Virus record (IMG/VR): IMGVR_UViG_3300048793_000046 | From: a virus | Taxonomy: Duplodnaviria; Heunggongvirae; Uroviricota; Caudoviricetes | Strand: one strand, 5' to 3' | Length of the DNA stretch: 64,000 nucleotides | Part shown: positions 20,722 to 27,381 of the stretch, in pieces | How the letters are laid out: each line of letters begins with the position of its first letter | Position numbering within the stretch: the stretch's first letter is position 1 | Notes under the pieces: generated by a model | What the model saw: the letters and a program-made list of their open reading frames with translations, nothing else | The model's database searches: none | Told to the model about the DNA's origin: nothing | Translations under genes and position numbers: made by a program

Positions 20722-21201
20722 TTAAACTGGACCGGCACGCACTGAGCCGTCTTGAGTGGTAAGGGCATCGATCTCAGACCTGATCTCGTGAATAGTGTAC
20801 GGGTCTTCGCCGGGACCATGCATCGGAGCGAATGGGCGACGCTCTTCGGGACCAAAGCGCAGGCTCTCGCCGATCTCGTGGTTCATCACGCGAAGACACT
20901 GCTCAAGCATCCACCGTCGCCACGAGTTGCCATTGTAGGTCACGCCAGCGGGCACCGGCTGCATGTGATTGACGGTCCGCTGTCGTCGGGGATCGTAGTT
21001 GTCAACGCCCGTGATCTGGATGACAAGTCGCTTGACGCCGTCTTCATCGATCAGGCGAAACGACCAGCCCGGCTTACATCGGGTCTCCGCGACAATGGCC
21101 GCGAGAAGCTCGTAGGTGTCAGCCATGAAGCACCCAGAACAGCGTCGAGGCCACGATAGCGACGAAGACCAGACCGAAGCAGCCCGCGCCGAAGTCGTCA
21201 A
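20722..21201 (-). CDS. hypothetical protein (159 aa)
   Basis: ORF only. Confidence 0.4.
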   Translation of the reverse strand: MTTSARAASVWSSSLSWPRRCSGCFMADTYELLAAIVAETRCKPGWSFRLIDEDGVKRLVIQITGVDNYDPRRQRTVNHMQPVPAGVTYNGNSWRRWMLEQCLRVMNHEIGESLRFGPEERRPFAPMHGPGEDPYTIHEIRSEIDALTTQDGSVRAGPV

Positions 21202-21358
21202 TGCGAAGAAATTTCCTCATTGCTTCATCCTCCAAAAGCGACCCGCCGTAGTGTGACCGTGGCCTCCGTGCTTGAAAACGTCGTCACGTTAGGGCGACGG
21301 ACGCGGCAGGGTCACATACGACGGGACCCGCACTTGTTAGCGCGGGTCCCGGATCATG

Positions 21359-22489
21359 TCAAGCGGTCTTCGGGGTGTTCGTATCCCACGAGAGCCATGC
21401 CGTCGAGCCGGGCTTCCGCCGCTCGGCGCTGTCAAGATAGATCGGCCACTGAGCCGTGATCCCGCGTTTCGGATGGATGAATGCCAAGGCTTGCGTCGGA
21501 CGCGTCGGCGCGCAGCGAAGCATGAGCCGACCGTACTCGTTGTACCCAATCAGTGAACCGTTGGCGAGCACCGGGACTGCGTCGCCCCGGGGGATGTAGA
21601 CATGGTAGTGACCGATCAGAAGCGTGTCGAAGTCACGACCGCATTGAGCTTCGGAACGACCGACTTTGATAGCACCTCTAGCGATTGGGCCGAGCGCACC
21701 AATGATGCCGTCGCCGCCCTTCACGCCGAGGGTGTCGCCGTGCGTGAGCATGAAGCGATGACCGTAGATCGCGAAGTGAGCATCGACTTCGTTCGGCACA
21801 TGGATCGTGACGCGCGGGTCTTTCACGAACCACTTCTCCAGATGTTGATAAATCACCCACTCCCAACTATCGAATACGCGGTTCTTCGCGCGTGGCTTGA
21901 GCGTGGTGCGCCCGTGATTGCCCGGTACGCACGGAACGAAGACTTTGCCGAACTTGTCCGCGAGCATCGTAATGAAGCCGATGAGTTGCTCTTCGACTTC
22001 GACGACGGACAGCGTCACCGGGCCGTCGTTGGTTTCGCGAAGGTCCTCGTGAATGCCGCCAGTGATCATGTCGCCGCCGACTGCGAACACAACACCCGGA
22101 TAGGTTGGATTTGTCATGTGATTAAAACAGAGATCGATCACGGCATCGCCCATGATCTTCACCCGCTCTTTAGCGATCTTCCGGTTGAAAGCGTTCATGC
22201 CACCAACCTGATCGGGGTCCACGGTCTCGCCCCAGTGCCAATCCGATGCGAAGATCAGAGGCACGCCGGTTGTCTTATGCGTGCCTAGAGTAGGCGTCAG
22301 CCACGTCGGCGGTTCGCGCGTGTAGGCTTCGAGCCCGAAGATTTCCCGCCGGAGGCTCTCGGCGGTGTCGTTGACTTGCGTGCGACTGCGGAGTTCGCGC
22401 TGGAGCGCGTTGATTTGAGTTTGCTTGGCGCGGATGATGTCGTTGGCGTCGAGCAGACGCTCGGCATCTGTTTTCTGTTTTGTAGACAT
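21359..22489 (-). CDS. calcineurin-like metallophosphoesterase with about 85-aa N-terminal coiled extension
   Basis: IFASDWHWGE, GDMITGGIHEDL and PGNHGR metallophosphatase motifs. Confidence 0.65.
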   Translation of the reverse strand: MSTKQKTDAERLLDANDIIRAKQTQINALQRELRSRTQVNDTAESLRREIFGLEAYTREPPTWLTPTLGTHKTTGVPLIFASDWHWGETVDPDQVGGMNAFNRKIAKERVKIMGDAVIDLCFNHMTNPTYPGVVFAVGGDMITGGIHEDLRETNDGPVTLSVVEVEEQLIGFITMLADKFGKVFVPCVPGNHGRTTLKPRAKNRVFDSWEWVIYQHLEKWFVKDPRVTIHVPNEVDAHFAIYGHRFMLTHGDTLGVKGGDGIIGALGPIARGAIKVGRSEAQCGRDFDTLLIGHYHVYIPRGDAVPVLANGSLIGYNEYGRLMLRCAPTRPTQALAFIHPKRGITAQWPIYLDSAERRKPGSTAWLSWDTNTPKTA

Positions 22490-22561
22490 TGGCGGTAACT
22501 CCTGTCAGTCGCGAGACCCTTTGGTGATTGACGATAGAGACGCTTGTTGTTGAGGTACGTC

Positions 22562-22641
22562 GGAGAGTGACGATAATTCAAACGTCGCTCTCTCCCCTTC
22601 GGAGAGTGATGATAATTCAAACGTCGCTCTCTCCCCTTCGG
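22562..22641. repeat. tandem direct repeat (2 x 40 bp), each unit an imperfect palindrome GGAGAGTGACG-ATAATTCAAA-CGTCGCTCTCTCC
   Basis: exact duplication visible; located upstream of the metallophosphoesterase start. Confidence 0.7.
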
Positions 22642-22699
22642 TGAGTGGTTGTAGCGTATGTTGCGTGCGCGCTCTTTATTCTTATCCTTGTAGGCCATC

Positions 22700-23116
22700 C
22701 TAGCACACGCGGATGGGGATAGCGAACCCCATGTTTTTAAGCTGTAGCTCAAGCTGACGAAGGCGTGCGACCGGGATGTGCTGCTCGGGAAATTTCTTTC
22801 TGACTTCGCTTGAGACGGCATTGTGCACGCGGCGACCGTTCCACCGCAGGAGCAGCGCCTTGGCATAATCCTCCGCCACTGTTCGGCGCGAGCGACGGCG
22901 CACAGGGAGCCGTTCACTGCGGTTGAGAATGTAGGCCATGTCCTGTAGCCATCGCCGCGAGGTTCGCGCTTCCGGGAATTGCTCTTTGATCCTGTCGAGA
23001 ATGAAACTGTAGTCGTGGCCAATGTTGCGACCGTAGATATCGACGAAGTTGACCTTCACAAAATACTCGTGAGCAAACTTCTTGATGGTAAGCTTCTTCG
23101 GTGCTCTTGAAGGCAT
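22700..23116 (-). CDS. hypothetical protein (about 138 aa)
   Basis: start trimmed to MPSRAPKK so it does not overlap the upstream VRR-NUC gene. Confidence 0.35.
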   Translation of the reverse strand: MPSRAPKKLTIKKFAHEYFVKVNFVDIYGRNIGHDYSFILDRIKEQFPEARTSRRWLQDMAYILNRSERLPVRRRSRRTVAEDYAKALLLRWNGRRVHNAVSSEVRKKFPEQHIPVARLRQLELQLKNMGFAIPIRVC

Positions 23117-23117
23117 C

Positions 23118-23555
23118 TTACCAGCCTTCGCAGGCCCGCAAGAGCACTTCGGCGACACTGGCATGTGCATCGCACGATGCCATTGCAGCGAGGTCGGCTT
23201 CGGTCGCGATGATCTTGTCGTACCAAAATCCGGGGATGAGATAGAGCTTTGCTGCATGCGCCTCGCCAACCTGTATCAGTACCCAGTGAATGCGGCTGCC
23301 CGCTGCCGTCCGCTCGTTGTGCCAGATCGATTGGCTCTCTCGCGTCTTCGACCGGATCACCGTGCCCGGTCGTTTCGGTCGAAGGTTCGATTTCAATTCG
23401 ATCCAGCACTGATCTCCGTTGATCACTCCCTCAACATCGGGATTGCCTTCGCCTGCGGAATTTTCCAGCCTACAGAAGTGGGCCACATGGCCGCGCTTCC
23501 GCAATCTATCGACGCCGTTTCGGCATCGTGTCCAGAGTGAACTCTCGCGTGCCAT
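23118..23555 (-). CDS. VRR-NUC-like nuclease
   Basis: GNPDVEGVINGDQCWIELKS resembles the VRR-NUC G.PDl...g...fiEvK core. Confidence 0.45.
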   Translation of the reverse strand: MARESSLWTRCRNGVDRLRKRGHVAHFCRLENSAGEGNPDVEGVINGDQCWIELKSNLRPKRPGTVIRSKTRESQSIWHNERTAAGSRIHWVLIQVGEAHAAKLYLIPGFWYDKIIATEADLAAMASCDAHASVAEVLLRACEGW

Positions 23556-23562
23556 CAGAACA

Positions 23563-24003
23563 TCATGCGCTTCCGACGCTTGACGCGCGTATGTTTGCTT
23601 CGATGAGCACGTTGTCCAAATCTTTTTTGGATGCGAGCCGTGCGGCGGCGATCTCGCGGTTCTTGGCGATCACCTCTTCATCCCAGAGCGGCAGTCCGGC
23701 GGCCTCGCGCGCTTTGAGCGATGTCTCCAGATGTGCAAAAGCGCGCCACGCGAGTTTTCCCTCGTGAAGCGCGCCATCGTCAGGGTCGAACGTTCCGGTC
23801 TCGATCACGTGACGCACGATGCAGTCAGGATGATCCATCGACTTGCCTTCTGCCCAGTGAAGCGCCTCACCGGGGTTATGTTTTTCGTTGCCGAGTACGG
23901 AAATGCGCGCAACATACGCGGCAGCGTGCGGAAAGTATTTCAAGAAGCCGGTATAGATCGGGGCCTCTTTTCGAAGCTTGCTATCGGTCGGAAGCAAGGA
24001 CAT
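23563..24003 (-). CDS. dATP/dGTP pyrophosphohydrolase-domain-like protein (phage nucleotide pyrophosphatase family)
   Basis: KEAPIYTGFLKYFPHAAAYVARISVLGNEKHNPGEALHW..HPDCIVRH pattern as in phage DUF5664-type proteins. Confidence 0.4.
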   Translation of the reverse strand: MSLLPTDSKLRKEAPIYTGFLKYFPHAAAYVARISVLGNEKHNPGEALHWAEGKSMDHPDCIVRHVIETGTFDPDDGALHEGKLAWRAFAHLETSLKAREAAGLPLWDEEVIAKNREIAAARLASKKDLDNVLIEANIRASSVGSA

Positions 24004-24081
24004 GGGGGCGGCTCCCAGATATGGTTAATGCAGGGTGTGGCCTACACGAACTCTGGGGCTATTGCAAGGGGGTTGGGCAAA

Positions 24082-24121
24082 CGAAAAACGCCGCCCGGGG
24101 TGTAATCCAGAGCGGCGTTTT
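24082..24121. terminator. bidirectional hairpin terminator at the 3' end of the minus-strand tRNA array
   Basis: AAAACGCCGCCCGGGGTGTAATCCAGAGCGGCGTTTT hairpin with T-runs in both orientations. Confidence 0.5.
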
Positions 24122-24274
24122 AGGGACGCGGGTGCCTCCAATGTCGGCAGTGAGCGAAACGCATAATTGACCCTAGCTCAAAGATTAGTCGCGGAGCCCG
24201 GGGTCATACAAACGCTGCGGCTCCGCGCGACATTTGAGTAAGATACGCACATCCGGCGATCTCTGTCAAGATGG

Positions 24275-24347
24275 CATGAGTGGAAGGAGTTGAACCCTCG
24301 CTGGCACGGTTTTGGAGACCGGCGTGCTACCGTAACACTTCACTCAT
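24275..24347 (-). tRNA. tRNA-Trp (anticodon CCA), CCA not encoded
   Basis: 7-bp acceptor ATGAGTG/CACTCAT, T-arm GAGGG-TTCAACT-CCTTC, anticodon loop CTCCAAA. Confidence 0.55.
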
Positions 24348-24350
24348 AAA

Positions 24351-24427
24351 TGGTACTGCCTTAGCGATTTGAACGCCATCCCATCGGTTCACAGCCGACG
24401 TGCTCATTGCCATCGAGCATAGGCAGC
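24351..24427 (-). tRNA. tRNA-His (anticodon GTG), no G-1, A73, G1:U72; CCA encoded
   Basis: acceptor GCTGCCT/AGGCAGT, canonical T-arm TTCAAAT, anticodon loop CTGTGAA. Confidence 0.55.
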
Positions 24428-24428
24428 A

Positions 24429-24499
24429 TGGTCGCGCACCACGGTTACGATCCGGGCTGACAGCCGTATGAAAGCTATTTCCTCACCAGAGGGAGCGCG
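24429..24499 (-). tRNA. tRNA-like element, anticodon unresolved
   Basis: tgg followed by 6/7 acceptor complementarity and a cacgg-ttacgat-ccggg arm; fold not resolved by hand. Confidence 0.25.
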
Positions 24500-24504
24500 T
24501 TTAT

Positions 24505-24575
24505 TGGCAGCCGCTTTCGGTGTCGAACCGAACTCTTCAAGCTTCAAAGGCTCGTCGGGTCCCGGACCAGCGGCA
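24505..24575 (-). tRNA. tRNA-Gln (anticodon TTG), short D-region
   Basis: T-arm ttcgg-tgtcgaa-ccgaa, anticodon hairpin reading codon CAA, 1:72 unpaired. Confidence 0.4.
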
Positions 24576-24583
24576 AAAATAAT

Positions 24584-24658
24584 TGGCCCTGCTTCCGGGT
24601 GCTGCCCCCGGTTTTCCCGCTTGAAAGGCGGGGCTCTTAGCTGATGGAGGAAAGCAGG
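24584..24658 (-). tRNA. tRNA-Glu (anticodon TTC) with non-canonical T-loop GGCAGCA
   Basis: perfect acceptor cctgctt/aagcagg, perfect anticodon stem cccgc/gcggg, loop reads codon GAA; CCA encoded. Confidence 0.45.
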
Positions 24659-24659
24659 T

Positions 24660-24734
24660 TGGAGCGAGCACGGGGACTTGAACCCCGACCGCAACGCTTG
24701 GAAGGCGCGCGTGCTGCATTGACACTATGCTCGC
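24660..24734 (-). tRNA. tRNA-Gly (anticodon TCC), tentative
   Basis: perfect acceptor gcgagca/tgctcgc, canonical T-arm cgggg-acttgaa-ccccg, loop reads GGA. Confidence 0.45.
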
Positions 24735-24738
24735 AGAT

Positions 24739-24827
24739 TGGCGGAAAGACGGGGACTTGAACCCCGAAGCGGCTTACACCGCCGACAGTTTAGCAAACTG
24801 TTCGTTTGACCATTCACGCATCTTTCC
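24739..24827 (-). tRNA. tRNA-Ser (anticodon GCT), type II with long variable arm
   Basis: perfect acceptor, canonical T-arm, anticodon hairpin acagt-ttagcaa-actgt, variable-arm hairpin gcgg/ccgc; 86 nt. Confidence 0.6.
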
Positions 24828-24831
24828 AAGT

Positions 24832-24909
24832 TGGTCTTGCCGCGAGGACTTGAACCCCGACAACAGTCGTTTAGGAAACGACGGCTCTTTCCAGTTGAGC
24901 TACGGCAAG
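24832..24909 (-). tRNA. tRNA-Arg (anticodon CCT)
   Basis: perfect acceptor cttgccg/cggcaag, anticodon hairpin gtcgt-ttaggaa-acgac, D-stem gctc/gagc. Confidence 0.6.
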
Positions 24910-24914
24910 GAGAT

Positions 24915-24996
24915 TGGTGATCCGGGCAGGATTTGAACCCGCGTTTGCAGCGCCGCTACGGATAATCGCTTAGAAGACGAAACCGGCTACCGGACC
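24915..24996 (-). tRNA. tRNA-like element (79 nt), anticodon unresolved (possibly TCT)
   Basis: CCA, acceptor ggtccgg/ccggatc with G:U, T-arm gcagg-atttgaa-cccgc; internal fold unclear. Confidence 0.3.
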
Positions 24997-25000
24997 CTAA

Positions 25001-25075
25001 TGGAGACGTGCGGGCGAGTTGAACGCCCCTAGCATCGCTTTGCAGGCGAGCACATAGCCGCTCTGACAGCACGTC
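25001..25075 (-). tRNA. tRNA-Cys (anticodon GCA)
   Basis: perfect acceptor and T-arm; loop reads codon TGC; D-arm AGAGCGGCTATGT resembles the unusual E. coli tRNA-Cys D-arm. Confidence 0.6.
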
Positions 25076-25079
25076 GTAT

Positions 25080-25153
25080 TGGCAGCCCCACTCAGTGTTG
25101 ATCTGAGGTCTCGCGGTTCAGAGCCGCGCACTCTCCCGTTGAGCTATGGGGCA
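25080..25153 (-). tRNA. tRNA-Gln (anticodon CTG)
   Basis: perfect T-stem ctcag/ctgag, perfect anticodon stem cgcgg/ccgcg, loop reads CAG; 1:72 unpaired as in the other Gln. Confidence 0.5.
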
Positions 25154-25155
25154 AT

Positions 25156-25232
25156 TGGTCTGCGTAGCAGGCTTCGATCCTGCGGCCTCTCGCTTCCGGG
25201 GCGAGCACTCTTCCAGACTGAGCTATACGCAG
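25156..25232 (-). tRNA. tRNA-Pro (anticodon CGG), apparent C33
   Basis: perfect acceptor ctgcgta/tacgcag, perfect T-arm, anticodon stem ctcgc/gcgag with loop CCCGGAA. Confidence 0.45.
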
Positions 25233-25233
25233 A

Positions 25234-25315
25234 TGGTACTCGCGGCGTGGGTCGAACACGCATTTGCAACTCCATTACGGATACGACGTTCGTAGCGTCG
25301 CTCGGTTACGCGAGT
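25234..25315 (-). tRNA. tRNA-like element with perfect Arg(ACG) anticodon hairpin but aberrant D-arm/variable-region lengths
   Basis: 7/7 acceptor actcgcg/cgcgagt, canonical T-arm gcgtg-ggtcgaa-cacgc, hairpin CGACG-CTACGAA-CGTCG; spacing between elements is non-standard. Confidence 0.35.
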
Positions 25316-25329
25316 GTGAAGTGTTTGTT

Positions 25330-25403
25330 TGGGGCTGCTAGCGGGTTCTGACCCCGCGCCGCCGGTTTGAGGGACCAGCATCCTCCCATTAGACGATAGC
25401 AGC
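25330..25403 (-). tRNA. tRNA-Glu (anticodon CTC), tentative; apparent C33 and T-loop GTCAGAA
   Basis: perfect acceptor gctgcta/tagcagc and T-stem gcggg/cccgc; anticodon loop CCCTCAA. Confidence 0.35.
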
Positions 25404-25407
25404 GTTT

Positions 25408-25482
25408 TGGCTCCCGCAGCACGTTTCGAACGTGCCTTCTCCGATTAACAGTCGGACGCCCTCACCGAGATGGCTCTACGGG
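25408..25482 (-). tRNA. tRNA-Asn (anticodon GTT)
   Basis: canonical T-arm gcacg-tttcgaa-cgtgc, perfect anticodon hairpin tccga-ttaacag-tcgga. Confidence 0.6.
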
Positions 25483-25490
25483 AATAAAAA

Positions 25491-25565
25491 TGGTGGACCT
25501 TCACGGTTACGATCCGTGTCTCCCGCATTGCAAGTGCGGTGTGCTCCCATTATCACTAAAGGCCC
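25491..25565 (-). tRNA. tRNA-Ala (anticodon TGC) with G3:U70; T-loop ATCGTAA
   Basis: perfect anticodon hairpin ccgca-ttgcaag-tgcgg; acceptor GGGCCTT/AAGGTCC gives the G3:U70 identity pair; CCA encoded. Confidence 0.6.
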
Positions 25566-25566
25566 G

Positions 25567-25641
25567 TGGTGCCTAGTCACGGTTTCGATCCGCGCTCTCC
25601 TGCTCTTCACGCAGGCGCTTTCCCAGATTAGCTTACTAGGC
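25567..25641 (-). tRNA. tRNA-Phe (anticodon GAA), tentative
   Basis: perfect acceptor gcctagt/actaggc, perfect anticodon stem cctgc/gcagg, loop reads TTC. Confidence 0.5.
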
Positions 25642-25644
25642 AAT

Positions 25645-25718
25645 TGGTGCGGACAGGGAGAGTTGAACTCCCGCTACTTCGTTGGCAACGAAGCCGACTT
25701 CCGTAATCATTTGTCCGC
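25645..25718 (-). tRNA. tRNA-Gly (anticodon GCC)
   Basis: perfect acceptor, T-arm gggag-agttgaa-ctccc, anticodon hairpin cttcg-ttggcaa-cgaag. Confidence 0.6.
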
Positions 25719-25724
25719 ATTTTT

Positions 25725-25810
25725 TGGTGCTCCATCGAGGTAACGATCCTCGCCAGCCCGAAGGCATCTGTTTTACAGACAGCGCGGCGTCCTTAGCCAC
25801 CTACTGGAGC
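25725..25810 (-). tRNA. tRNA-Tyr (anticodon GTA), type II
   Basis: perfect T-arm cgagg-taacgat-cctcg, long variable arm gcc..ggc, loop tttacag reads TAC; 5' acceptor boundary uncertain. Confidence 0.4.
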
Positions 25811-25814
25811 GTAT

Positions 25815-25891
25815 TGGTTGCGCAGGTTGGAATTGAACCAACAATAAATCAGCTTATGAGGCTGACTAGCCTACCAAGGCTTGTCCGCGCG
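25815..25891 (-). tRNA. tRNA-Met (anticodon CAT; initiator, elongator or Ile2 not distinguishable)
   Basis: perfect T-arm gttgg-aattgaa-ccaac, perfect anticodon hairpin tcagc-ttatgag-gctga; possible 1:72 mismatch. Confidence 0.45.
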
Positions 25892-25901
25892 ATAGAAGAA
25901 T

Positions 25902-25990
25902 TGGCGGAGGGCGGGTAGATTTGAACTCCATGCCTTTCGGCACCCTCGGTTTTCAGGACCGCGACAGAACCCCGTCTGCTTCTGCCCTCC
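25902..25990 (-). tRNA. type II tRNA-like, possibly tRNA-Ser (anticodon TGA); imperfect T-stem
   Basis: 7/7 acceptor ggagggc/gccctcc, variable-arm hairpin, anticodon hairpin cggt-tttcagg-accg; 86 nt. Confidence 0.35.
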
Positions 25991-25994
25991 ATTT

Positions 25995-26070
25995 GGTGAT
26001 CTCCCGGGGAGTTGAACCCCGATCTCCGAGTTTCGGAAACTCGCGCTCTGTCCAGTTGAGCTAAGAGACC
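25995..26070 (-). tRNA. tRNA-Arg (anticodon CCG)
   Basis: canonical T-arm cgggg-agttgaa-ccccg, perfect anticodon hairpin cgagt-ttcggaa-actcg, D-stem gctc/gagc with GG in loop; CCA encoded. Confidence 0.6.
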
Positions 26071-26074
26071 TTTT

Positions 26075-26551
26075 TTATTTCATGCCTTTGCGTCTGACAT
26101 TGCCGCGCCGATCATAAGCTCCAGTGGGCCAAAAACAATCCATCGTGACGCGAGCGATCAAACCATCATCTGTGAACACCGCCGGTCCCTTGAGAGTTTT
26201 GCCGTCTACCGCCTGTTCGAATGCAAGATAGCTTCCGCCGCGATCAGGAGACGCTGGATCAACGAAAAACAAATCCAAGTCCGTAGGCTCATCCAACGGG
26301 ACCGGCACTCCAGCGGCCTTGCACGCCTCAAAGAGAGCGGTTCGGTATCGCTGTATCACCGCGAGATGCATCCGACGATGCGGCGCGTGATGGATCGATA
26401 GCCGCAACAGGGCTGGGAATTGATCGGGAAAGTATTTGACGATGATCTTCATTTCAAAGTCCTTTGGTGGGCCGCTCCGGTTACGATCCGGATCAAGGAA
26501 CAGCCGTCCGCTGCTAAAGAGCTTATAAGGCTCTCCCGTGTCCAACACCAC
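26075..26551 (-). CDS. hypothetical protein (158 aa) embedded between the two tRNA blocks; weak RusA-like resemblance (DLD..DDG)
   Basis: ORF flanked by tRNAs on the same strand. Confidence 0.35.
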   Translation of the reverse strand: MVLDTGEPYKLFSSGRLFLDPDRNRSGPPKDFEMKIIVKYFPDQFPALLRLSIHHAPHRRMHLAVIQRYRTALFEACKAAGVPVPLDEPTDLDLFFVDPASPDRGGSYLAFEQAVDGKTLKGPAVFTDDGLIARVTMDCFWPTGAYDRRGNVRRKGMK

Positions 26552-26561
26552 AGCCCATTTC

Positions 26562-26635
26562 TGGTCTCCGCACGGAGTTCCGCCTTCCGGCCTCCGCCTT
26601 CCAAGGGCGGCGCTCTTCTCACGAGCTTTGCAGAG
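26562..26635 (-). tRNA. tRNA-Pro (anticodon TGG) with GG-containing T-loop GGCGGAA and a GG-less D-loop
   Basis: perfect anticodon hairpin ccgcc-ttccaag-ggcgg, D-stem gctc/gagc, acceptor with one G:U. Confidence 0.45.
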
Positions 26636-26640
26636 CTAAC

Positions 26641-26714
26641 TGGCGCGGCTAGGGAGTATCGATCTCCCGTCATTCGGTTGACAACCGAGCGCTCTACCTT
26701 TGAACTATAGCCGC
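26641..26714 (-). tRNA. tRNA-Asp (anticodon GTC)
   Basis: perfect acceptor gcggcta/tagccgc, perfect T-arm gggag-tatcgat-ctccc, loop ttgacaa reads GAC. Confidence 0.55.
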
Positions 26715-26721
26715 AAAAATT

Positions 26722-26796
26722 TGGTGGGCTCCCACGGTAACGATCCGTGTTCTCATGGGTTAAGAGGCCAGCGCACTACCTTTGTGCTAGGAGCCC
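26722..26796 (-). tRNA. tRNA-Lys (anticodon CTT), weak anticodon stem, T-loop ATCGTTA
   Basis: perfect acceptor GGGCTCC, D-stem GCAC/GTGC, anticodon loop CTCTTAA with only 3 central base pairs. Confidence 0.4.
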
Positions 26797-26797
26797 T

Positions 26798-26872
26798 TGG
26801 TGGACCGCCCCGGTACTGCCCCGGGTTCTTACGGGTTAAAAGGCCGACGTGCTACTTTCCTACTCGCGGTCC
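26798..26872 (-). tRNA. tRNA-Lys (anticodon TTT), weak anticodon stem, T-loop GGCAGTA
   Basis: perfect acceptor ggaccgc/gcggtcc, perfect T-stem cccgg/ccggg, loop CTTTTAA. Confidence 0.4.
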
Positions 26873-26874
26873 GA

Positions 26875-27060
26875 TCAGGACTGCGACGGTTTCAGTGTAG
26901 CCTCAACGCACACCACGATCTGTCCCGTTGCAGGGATGTGATGCACGATCTGGCGCTTCATCTTGAAACGTGTATCGCCCACAGCGCAGAGCGGGCACTT
27001 TTCTGTATCTTGCATGCTCGTCTCCTGTTGTGTTGGTTGACCCTGCTGGTTTCGATCCAA
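26875..27060 (-). CDS. small Cys-containing protein (61 aa, CPLC motif)
   Basis: short ORF inside the tRNA block. Confidence 0.25.
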   Translation of the reverse strand: MDRNQQGQPTQQETSMQDTEKCPLCAVGDTRFKMKRQIVHHIPATGQIVVCVEATLKPSQS

Positions 27061-27108
27061 CTTTCCACGGTTATCGACCGCGTGCCTTAGCCACTAGACG
27101 AAGGGTCA
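27034..27108 (-). tRNA. tRNA-Ile (anticodon GAT), tentative; apparent C33
   Basis: perfect acceptor tgaccct/agggtca, T-arm gctgg-tttcgat-ccaac, anticodon loop TCGATAA. Confidence 0.4.
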
Positions 27109-27112
27109 GTGA

Positions 27113-27187
27113 TGGTGCGTCTTGCAGGGGATGATCCTGCCGCCTCTCGCATGTCGAGCGAGCGCTCTTCCGCTGAGCTAAAGACGC
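27113..27187 (-). tRNA. tRNA-Val (anticodon GAC), tentative; apparent C33
   Basis: perfect acceptor gcgtctt/aagacgc, perfect T-stem gcagg/cctgc, anticodon stem ctcgc/gcgag with loop TCGACAT. Confidence 0.4.
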
Positions 27188-27192
27188 GGAAT

Positions 27193-27274
27193 TGGTCGGA
27201 GGGGTATTTCTACACCCGGAGCGCGTACTGGTCCCCCGCCCTTTCGGGCGAGCCAACGCCATCTCTACCCTCCG
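27193..27274 (-). tRNA. tRNA-like element (79 nt), unresolved internal fold
   Basis: CCA plus perfect 7-bp acceptor cggaggg/ccctccg; G-rich interior with CCC-GAAA-GGG hairpin. Confidence 0.3.
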
Positions 27275-27305
27275 CCGGGCCTGCCTCGTTGCGCTTGCGC
27301 GCGAT

Positions 27306-27380
27306 TGGTACTCCCTCCCGGGATCGAGCCGGGTCATGTCGGTGTGTAGGACCGATGCCTTCCCATCTGGCGCAGGGAGC
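27306..27380 (-). tRNA. tRNA-Val (anticodon TAC), tentative; apparent C33
   Basis: perfect T-arm cccgg-gatcgag-ccggg, perfect anticodon stem tcggt/accga with loop CCTACAC. Confidence 0.4.
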
Positions 27381-27381
27381 G

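Noticed and set aside
22562-22641. Possible CRISPR array
   Set aside because: Only two contiguous repeat units with no spacers; the units are palindromic and gene-proximal, fitting an operator or structured RNA instead.
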